DNA of 63,112 nt, the filler included, from Atractiella rhizophila (Eukaryota), in NCBI GenBank assembly GCA_021432655.1. It is 6 parts of 6 records of this genome, joined end to end, with 100 filler letters (N's around TTAATTAATTAA, not from the genome) between each part and the next. Parts side by side here need not be neighbours in the genome. Positions count along the whole stretch, not along the records: positions 46,782 to 60,064 come from MU271983.1; positions 60,165 to 63,112 come from MU272019.1; 4 more parts are not named here. The stretch is one strand, 5' to 3'. Both the position numbers and the translations under genes were made by a program. Below the pieces are notes generated by a model, which was not told the DNA's origin, searched no databases, and saw nothing but the letters and a program-made list of their open reading frames with translations. Position 1 is the first letter of the stretch; each line of letters starts with the position of its first letter. Shown here piece after piece: positions 54,524 to 63,112 of the stretch.

Positions 54524-55167
54524 ATGGTGGTTTTACATGAATAGGCAGAACGCAAGAGGTTCATTGTCTGGGTTCATTGTACTTCGACAATTGACTGATT
54601 AGGTTTCCAATGAAGAACAAAGGCAAAGAACAAAGCAGTCTCCGTTCAAGTTCATCACTGTGATGGGGCCAAGAATCTAAAGCTTAGCTTCAGCAGGCTT
54701 CCTTGACGAGCCCCCCAGCTTCATTCAACTTGTAAAATAAAATCGCAAAGGGCTAATTGTGATTCAACATTCGTGAAACGAAAACGGATTACCTTAACCC
54801 CTGGCGCAGAAAATATAGCGGAGACTGCTACAAAGTTATTAAAAATTGATCCCAGCGTGAGACATTCCAGTCCATTAACGTAAGTATCGACGCCGAATTA
54901 TTAGGTTCCGAAACGAGCAGAGAGATAAAATGCTGAACAAAGAACATGCTGAATATCCATTTTCATTGGGACAAAGACTGGGACAAAGAATCCAAAACCT
55001 AACCATAATACTCGTCCATCCAAAAGGCTGCTGGCCCACAAGGTAAAGTGTCAGAACAGGATCAGAGGGAAAGAAGCACAGGTAGCAGCCATCTATCCCA
55101 AGCTTGCGAAGTCAGTACCTTTTCCCCTGATGCCCGAACATTACATTTAATGAACTGTAAGCAGAGG

Positions 55168-56647
55168 ATGAAAGCTTTACGCTTCTATGACATTTGGGAT
55201 CATGTTCCTTCAAACTCTGGCCGTTCTGGCGGTTGCTTGAAATTTGATTCTGACGGCCTCTCTTATGCCGACTACAGCACTCTGAAAGATCGTCAGGTGG
55301 ACTGGCTTGTCAATTCATCGGATCTAAAAGGAATTCATTTCGAGAGGTCAGCCTGTTGCTGCGCTTTGGTGCTGTAGACCTGACTGTTTATCTCGGACTT
55401 GTATAGAGAGAATGGCAAGATCCTTCACGTTACATTTTTGCGTGCGCGCCAAATCACTTTTCAATGCTTTTGGGGATTTCAAGAATCGGCAAGTCGACAC
55501 CAACTGGTTCCTCTCGACTCCTTCATGATCGGGTTTCTAGGATTTACCCCGCCTGACCCAGTTTTGTTCCGAACATTGGCAAATCGTTGCAACCGTCTCA
55601 TCTGAGTTCCATGCCCTGAACCTGCCGACGCTGTACCAGAGCCGTCTGAGGCGATCGCGTTCGCTTTCCTCACTTGGACAGTTACAGTTAACGAGGGAAG
55701 GTCACTCAAAGAGGATCAACATTCAACACTGGCTCCCCGCTACTTCGACAACGAATTACAAACGAGATATCCTCTTTCAAATCGAACATCTTCAGGAGAT
55801 CAACCTGCGCGGGGGTTGCAGCATTTTTAGACTAGGAGATAGGGCTGTCAAGTGTACCCTCAACTCTCAGAAAGCCCCTTTCGAAGCCTCAGCGATGGAG
55901 TTTGTTCGATCACAAACCACCATACCTATTCCTCGGGTGTACGCTGCGTTTGTCCACGAGAACAATTCTTACATCGTCATGGATTTTGTGGAGAACGACC
56001 CGCTAGAATCTTTTTATCCGGACTATTTGAAAACGTCAGTTGCATCTGTACATGAGTTTGTTAACTTTCTGGTCGACTGTAAGAGGCAACTCGTGGAATT
56101 GGGACATTCTTATACCACAGACCCTCCATTTAGCTCTTGGTCAGGGGAAGCCTACAACAACCGTATTTTCGATCCTCCGTTGACACGTACATTGCATCTT
56201 TACGAACAATTCCAAGATTATTGGAAAGATCAGTGGGATATACCGCACAATCCCTTCCTTGAAATGCCACGTAGTCTTTTGGAGTTCTCTACATCTCCAC
56301 CTTCAGCAGTGCTCTGCCATGGTGATCTGGTTGCCGACAACGTCCTGGTTAAAGACGGAAAGGCTGTGGCGATTATTGACTGGGACACACTTGGATTTTA
56401 TCCTCATTTTTGGGAAGCAGGTCAAGCAGTAAAACTCATGCTCAGCAAGGAGACCCCTGTTTTGACGGCATTCGTGGATGATGCCTTGGGTTCTCAGGAG
56501 GAACAGGAAATAAAGGATTGGGTCCAGGTTTGTCAAAAGGTAGTCTACGATCGAATGAGCTCTTGGCACGGTCGCAGGTATCAGGACGGTTGGATTCCTC
56601 GCTACACCGATCCCTCTTCCATAACACCACTTCACTTATATTCATGA
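55168..56647 (+). CDS. APH/choline-kinase-like phosphotransferase
   Basis: AVK...EASAMEFVRSQTTIPIPRV, YIVMDFV, Brenner motif CHGDLVADNVLV, AIIDWD, GFYPHFWE. The frame stays open upstream of 55895; 5' exons are tentative. Confidence 0.85.
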
Positions 56648-56842
56648 TAGTTCTGTTCTCCGGTGCATGGAATGTTCATTTGTTTAGAAATAATAATCAT
56701 CATTCTGCTAGCAAATGAGGAGATCATCACACTGTATGCTGCTTGTTATTGCCATCTCAGGAGACATCCCCCAGGAACATACAGACCCCTTACCGCGACT
56801 GCATGAGACCTACAGCCTGATCCTGAGTCCTTGTGCATGCGA

Positions 56843-57433
56843 TCAGGTTCGCAGAGCTTCAGCATCAGTGATTGCCTCATCGACGGAAGCCTGAGTAAAA
56901 TAGCCAACCCGGACGGCTTGGGCTAGAAGTTCTTTGATCCAGATCCGGCAATGGAAAACAGCTGGTTCTGGCCATGGCGGCCACACCACGTTCATCAAAT
57001 TCAAACCCTCGACTGGCTGAAGAGGAGGGATGCGTTCGGCGAGATCCGTCAGCTTGAGTCTGTCCTGCAAATGGAGGCTTCCGAGCTGGAAGAACGTCGA
57101 TTTGTACGTCCGAGATTGTGGAGTGATGATTTTGGGAAATAGTCCCCAGTTGGTATAATGATGTTCAGCTCCCCTATCCTGCACGACGTGGAGGAAAGAA
57201 TAAGAAATATTGCGGCCAACTCGCCCCACTTCCCACACGACCGCCCAGTGAAAGTCGTTGTCGACTCTCAAGTGAATATCAACTGAACCCTCTGGACCTT
57301 GGGGATGGCTAAGCAGTCCTGGTGGCCGACGACTGGGGGTCCCATCGTTCTGAAATCGTCCATTGTTGGGACTTGGAACCAAATTGGGATTCTTAAACGG
57401 ATCAGTGATCCAAGTGAGATCTTCGCTCGCCAT
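56843..57433 (-). CDS. Hypothetical protein (196 aa)
   Basis: Uninterrupted ORF with globular composition (FHWAVVWE...HCRIWIKELL). No confident family. Confidence 0.5.
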   Translation of the reverse strand: MASEDLTWITDPFKNPNLVPSPNNGRFQNDGTPSRRPPGLLSHPQGPEGSVDIHLRVDNDFHWAVVWEVGRVGRNISYSFLHVVQDRGAEHHYTNWGLFPKIITPQSRTYKSTFFQLGSLHLQDRLKLTDLAERIPPLQPVEGLNLMNVVWPPWPEPAVFHCRIWIKELLAQAVRVGYFTQASVDEAITDAEALRT

Positions 57434-58873
57434 CTAGAAAGAAAGGAGCCCTTGCTTGAAGACCAGAACGCTCGCGACCTCGGATGGTGAGTATTATCAG
57501 TTTGATAACTTGTATCCAAACTTCCCAAACTGGTTTTTGTGCTAATCAAGGTCCTGAGCCATTTAGCCATCTTTTATAGCTTCTAAGAGCATTGTTACCA
57601 CCACAGAAGCGAAAGATAAAGAAAACATGAAAGGGAAAGAGGTTACAAAAGGGCTGCAGAACAAGGCTGTCCATTTTCAAAGACCTTAGAGGCACAAGGA
57701 CAGTGATTTGTTAGCACACTAGCATAAGGTTGTTTTTTTCTAAAGGTCTTTCATTGTAGACAGCCTTGGGCGATGGGCGACGACGTGTTAACATCTTGCT
57801 AGCACAGATGGTGCCTACTATGTTTCCTTTGTGGAAAGCTCGCACCAATGTCCTATTATGTCACAACTGCCTGGCACACCATTACGTGAGCCACAAGCCA
57901 ATTTGCGAGAACAGGAAACAGAATACATGACACTGTACAGCACACCTATGAAGCGCTCCTGTCGGTCATGTCCAACATGACCACCAAGTGGTAGCTATGC
58001 TGCCATGGCACATAACAGGTTCATCTCCATCAGAATTACACCCCTTTATCTGTTAAGACACCATCGCTGCACTGTTCTAATGCCACACCGATTCCGGTTC
58101 ATGCAATAGGTTTTCATGTCCAAATTCACAGCAACAGAATTTTATACTCTTGGGCTTCAGACCTTAGGCAAGTCTCACGCCATCAGTCTTCATTATAACC
58201 ACTCTTCGTTGAGAACCTCAAAGCAAGGCTGCCTGGGATGCACGCTACACTCTGTTCAAACAGAGCTGAGGAGTAAATGCCAGCGTCAGTCTCCCACACA
58301 ACGGTTTCGTGGAAGTTGTGAACGAAGACACGCCGCAAACGTCATGGTACACAAGACACCAAAATTGTTCTCAACTCACAACATAAACGGATCAGCTGAA
58401 CTTGCACCTGAATATTGAATTTCAATCCATCCATCCTTCCTGTTTCTTTTCTTGAGCACTTTCGGTCATCCTTGTTGCTGGATCGGCGACGGCGCGTAGG
58501 CTACCAATGGTGTGATAGTATTGCCCAGACGTTTGGAGCGAGTGGCGAGAGGGATACGCATTGAAAGTATATGCTCTGAGTTGATAAAGTGCATCTGGTC
58601 GTTATGGGCTAATACGAATGGGATGAGGCCATCGGGAACCTACTCTTGAACCTTGTTCGTAGCCACATCGTGGGTTCCCCAAAACGACCGACTTCTCGAA
58701 TCTTTCGTTTCTTTTCACCCTTAGAGGCTTTCATTTCCTCAGTCAGTCTTAGCAGTCTCACAGAGCCGACTGGTCGGAATAGCTCTATCGACAAGGCTGG
58801 ACCATTCTTTTCAAGTCGTTCGTTCTCAACTCCAACTCAACTCGCACACCCGTCAAGATAGAAGATAACAGAC

Positions 58874-60064
58874 ATGGCATCTCGTCCAGTGGTCAAGGAA
58901 CAGCCGTGGTACATCCGCGAATTCACAGGTCGCAAGCTCGCCTGGAACCTCTTCTACTATGCTGGCCACATCGCCATTTTCTCGTACGGATGGTGGAAGC
59001 AGGCGTCAGACCCCAAGCTCGCTGGATTGAACACCCTCAAGTTTTCCGTGTGGTCATCCAGAGGCGCTGGACTCTGTTTGGGAGTCGACGGAGCCCTCAT
59101 ACTTATCCCGGTGCTGAGAAACATCGTGACCGCCGTCAGACCATCCCTTACTTGGTCCGTCTCTGTCATTCCATTTCATGCAGTTCGGGAATGAGAGTAA
59201 CGCGGGGGTATTGCAGGCTGTTCCCCGCCGATGAGAATTTATGGTTTCACAGACAGATCGCCTATTCCCTGCTCTTCTTCACCATCGTTCATACCACCGT
59301 GCGCATTTCCCTTTGTTCCTTTCACACCGAAATTCACAACTGACTCTGCCGCAGGCTCACTATGTCAATTTTATCAAGTAACGCCGTCATCTTTTTTTAG
59401 ACGACGGCAAGCTCACAGTAGATTACAGCGTCGAGAGGACTCAAATCCGAAAAGAAACAGCATGGGAGATCCACTACACCATGCCGTACGTGCCTTTACC
59501 TCGTCACTTACCAACCATGATGTTGAATCATAATCACACAGAGGAGGATTTACCGGCCATGTCATGCTCGTAATCATGGTGCTGATGTACACTGTGCGTC
59601 CTACTTCATTTCCCCTTGCCTACTGGACTTCCGATCGCTCACCGATTCGGCGCACGGGATGGTAGACGGCACACCAAAAAATTCGGCAACAATGTTTCGA
59701 GGCTTTCTGGTATACTCACCACCTCGCTTTCTTCTTCATGCTCGGACTCTACACCCATGCTACTGGTTGCTTCGTCCGTGGCGCGCTCCCTGGAGAACCC
59801 GTGGCTTGCCTTGGTTACTTTACTTGGCGGTTCACAACTTGGTGGGGTATCATCTACTTCTTCGAGAGAGTTTATCGTGTGGTACGCCTTCTATCTCGTT
59901 CGCTCAACCTGTGGTCTTATGAAATGATGTAATGATAACCAGATCCGATCGAGGAGGCAAACGAAGATGACTGGTGTCTTGATGCATCCTTCAGGAGCTA
60001 TGGAGATTCGATTCGTCAAGCCCAGCATGAAGTACAAGGCTGGTCAATGGCTCTTCCTGAATGT
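58874..60064 (+). CDS. NOX1: NADPH oxidase NoxA/Nox1 (3' end truncated by spacer)
   Basis: LNTLKFSVWSSRGAGL, ENLWFHRQIAY...HTTAHYVNF, TGHVMLVIMVLMYT, FEAFWYTHHL, HPSGAMEIRFVKPSMKYKAGQWLFLN. Confidence 0.95.
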
Positions 60065-60200
60065 NNNNNNNNNNNNNNNNNNNNNNNNNNNNNNNNNNNN
60101 NNNNNNNNTTAATTAATTAANNNNNNNNNNNNNNNNNNNNNNNNNNNNNNNNNNNNNNNNNNNNTTCTCCAGCAAACAGAGTATCGACCTCAATTCAAAC

Positions 60201-60740
60201 ATGCTCGCTCATCTTTGCATTTACGTGAAGGATTTGAAGGCCTCAGAGAAGTTCTATACGGAGGCCCTGTCGCCGCTTGGCTATAAAGTGACGAATCGGT
60301 ATGATGAACACAAAGTGATAGGATTGAGTTGCTTCTTTCTCTTCCACACTTTGAAAAGACTTAGCAGAGACTCTAGCTGACTCGGAGCCTAACGCAAAGG
60401 CTGATTTTTGGATTGTTGAAGATGCTTCGAAAGTCTCAAGCGCTGCACACTTCGCGTTCGCTGCGAAAGACAGGAATCAAGTAGATACCTTTCATACCGC
60501 AGGTTTGAAGGCAGGCGGGGAATGCAACGGTTCGTTTTGTCACTATTAGCGGTCAAAAAGGGTCCATTAAAGACATTTGCACACAGGTAAACCAGGTCTC
60601 CGCGAAATGTACGGCCCTGGTTATTACGCAGCCTATGTTAAGGATCTCGACGGTAAGTTCCTCCTTGTCGATTCGCAAAATCTGTTGTTCAAGAGGATGC
60701 AGGTCACAACGTTAAGTTGGTTTTCTATGAACAGAAATGA
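60201..60740 (+). CDS. Glyoxalase/bleomycin-resistance (VOC) family protein
   Basis: MLAHLCIYVKDLKASEKFYTEALSPLGY, HFAFAAKDRNQVDTFH..GLKAGG, PGLREMYGPGYYAAYVKDLDG|HNV. Confidence 0.9.
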
Positions 60741-61264
60741 AAGCTTGAGCCTGGCGTGAACTGGGGTGAAGTAAACAAGCAATGAATGACTCAATAGCCT
60801 CCTCCTCCGTGCAATGTATGATCCTTAAATGCACGAGATTATCACCATATCGCGAAAATATGCGAAACTTTAGGGGAAAACGACTGGAGCTGACGAGGCA
60901 TTGAACATTTGCTCACTGGCTTGACAGGGTCAGAGTCGCCGCACGGCAGTCGCCCTACGGTATTGCCTTGTTACATTTCAATGTTCCATGCTCGCCAAAC
61001 TGAACAAAGAGGATATTCTTGCGTTGACAATCCAATTGGTGGTTAGCAACTGAACTGAACATTTCATCTGACTCAAGTATGTGAAATCCCTCTGATTACA
61101 AATATGTTACAACTCTTTCCTGGCAGGTCCTCAGAGCTTACACAAACATTGTCTTTCACGAGAATCTTTAGCACGGAGCGACGATCTCTTACATCCTCAA
61201 ATCCATCGCTGCAGCTCTCAAGTGCTGTATTACCACTGTTCTCTTCTTGGTAGATTACAGCGCG

Positions 61265-63112
61265 ATGTCAGCTATAACCCCCTCTCCACCTTACTCTCCA
61301 TCTCCCGAAGTGAAACGTTCCTCGCTCGAAGATACGAAAGATGTTCAAGATCTCAAGGACCGTCACGATTTTGACGTAAAATCAGTCGAAGGCCAAGATA
61401 GTAGAACTCATATCCGTCAGCTCTCTGCATGGGAAGCTCTCTGGACTAAACCCCCGAAGGCGATTCGGAATGACAGCCTTGTTTTTACGGAGGGTTGGAG
61501 GGAATTTTTACGATCTGTCAAGAGGTGGCTGAAGAGCATGTGTACATTGAGGTGGTTCGCGGTCATGTTGGTACGTTCTCACTTGGATCGGACTGGACCG
61601 AAATGAGGAGGCATGCATCGAATGGATGCATTTGTTTAATGAAGGCTTGACGCGTTTTTCTCACGTTCAAGACCTGGACAAATTTATGGAAGCTTCACCA
61701 TGATATGTCGCCATTTTTGGTATATTCGCTCGTAATTTTACTTCGCTTTGAGATTATCACAGCCGATGTCATCTCTCAAGCTGCCGATTCCCTGACTGAG
61801 TGCTCCTGTTTCAGATTGCGAGCAAGGACATAGCATACTGTATCTCTCACCTTCCTGCTGCAATTGTACTGTTTCTGCATCAATTAGAGGCATTATTCAG
61901 TCTCGTGCCAGATCAGCTCTGCTTCATCTGACAATTTTTTACTGAATCTCTCGTTCGCTCCAGCCAAGGAGAAGGTACGCTCATGGATGATCAAACGTTC
62001 AACTGTCAGCATATCACTCTCAGCTTCTTGCGTGCTCTACGTCTGTAACACGATGCTTTGTACTGCTGATTCCATCAGTTACCTGGCATTGGAGTGGATG
62101 AAGTCTACACCGGTCTTTTCGGAACAGTTGACCACATCACTTGTTGTGGGTCGGTTCTCCGCATAACAATTTGTCTTCAAAGGGAAGATGTTTTTTTGGG
62201 CGCTGTAGAAAGACTCATATTTCTGTCACTTGGTATCTACCGCTAAACTACCCAGCCATGCTTTAGACAATCTTCGCTTCGGCCGAGATTGTTTATATCT
62301 TTCTCCTACTTCCAATGCAGCCCATTTTAAAGATTCTAGCAGCTACAATGTTGACTACATTTCGCCTATTTCTCCACGTTTCGATTTATGCCGCTCCGCA
62401 AGAAGATAGCGATATGAACAGATCGAAATGAAAGGATGCACGACTTCTTGTTTATTGGGTTTCGTTCGAGGCGCTGGAAGTGTTGATCACAACGTTTCAG
62501 TTATAAACAATAGCAATCAAACCAATATTTGTCCTAGATAGAAAACCGCAACTCCGCTCATGATTCCCCTTAATTAAAGCTTTGCTCTTCGGAGACTTAG
62601 CCTCCTCAGTCTCACCCCTTGTTTTATGCGCTAACAATGATTTATTTTCCAGGCTGGACAATACCTCTCACTCGCCATTGTCGCCACTAACGTCGAGGTT
62701 AGCTCTACTTCCGTCTCTCGTGTATCATTGACGCATGACGGATAGACTACCCAACTCGGTATCTGGGGATGGGCTCTGCCAACTACGCAGACATTTTTCT
62801 TGTCAGCGAGCCTTTTGATGCGATTGCGCAGGCTAATCGAGAAACAGATATTGCCTGCTCAACGTGGTTTATACCCCGACTACGATCTATAAATACGGCT
62901 GGAAGGGGTACTGGGAGATGCTGAAGAAGGATGGATGGAAATGTTGGGCCCCTTTTGCTATCCCGATCTTTCTTACATGAGTTGACAGACTTCATCCTCG
63001 CTGTCTTCGACGTGGAGGGCAACTACTCTGTCGTTAAAGCCTATCAATACACAGATCTTCTTTCCTGTGAACTTCTCAATTTATTTGCCACCCCAGTGTG
63101 CATGGTCGTCAC
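61265..63112 (+). CDS. Probable multi-exon hypothetical gene running off the window
   Basis: First ORF MSAITPSPPYSPSP...LRWFAVML followed by several short exon-like blocks flanked by GT/AG. No family recognised. Confidence 0.4.

Overview
Intron-rich fungal nuclear DNA, most likely basidiomycete (inferred from gene content and 45-70 nt GT-AG introns with CTRAY branch points), from a draft assembly. Five 100-nt artificial spacers (N44-TTAATTAATTAA-N44) join six contigs whose adjacency is unverified. Recognisable genes: RPC2/RET1, MIA40, sphingolipid C9-methyltransferase, BOS1, a secreted alpha/beta hydrolase, CSE1, RPN2, NOP7, an Opi1-like regulator, RSP5, an APH-type phosphotransferase, NOX1 and a glyoxalase. 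Also present: a tandem pair of internally duplicated membrane proteins, a mucin-like type I membrane protein, and a transposon-rich contig (Helitron, LINE with RNase H, hAT). The main finding is that 20501-23643 is mirror-reversed (reversed but not complemented). Read backwards it supplies the missing part of BOS1 exactly in frame. Its left-to-right complement encodes an intact 4-exon UDP-glycosyltransferase that six-frame translation cannot see. This is almost certainly an assembly artefact rather than biology. The best biological leads are two unusually long, hairpin-rich introns in the head-to-head genes CSE1 (630 nt) and RPN2 (786 nt). I did not find a demonstrably new biological system.
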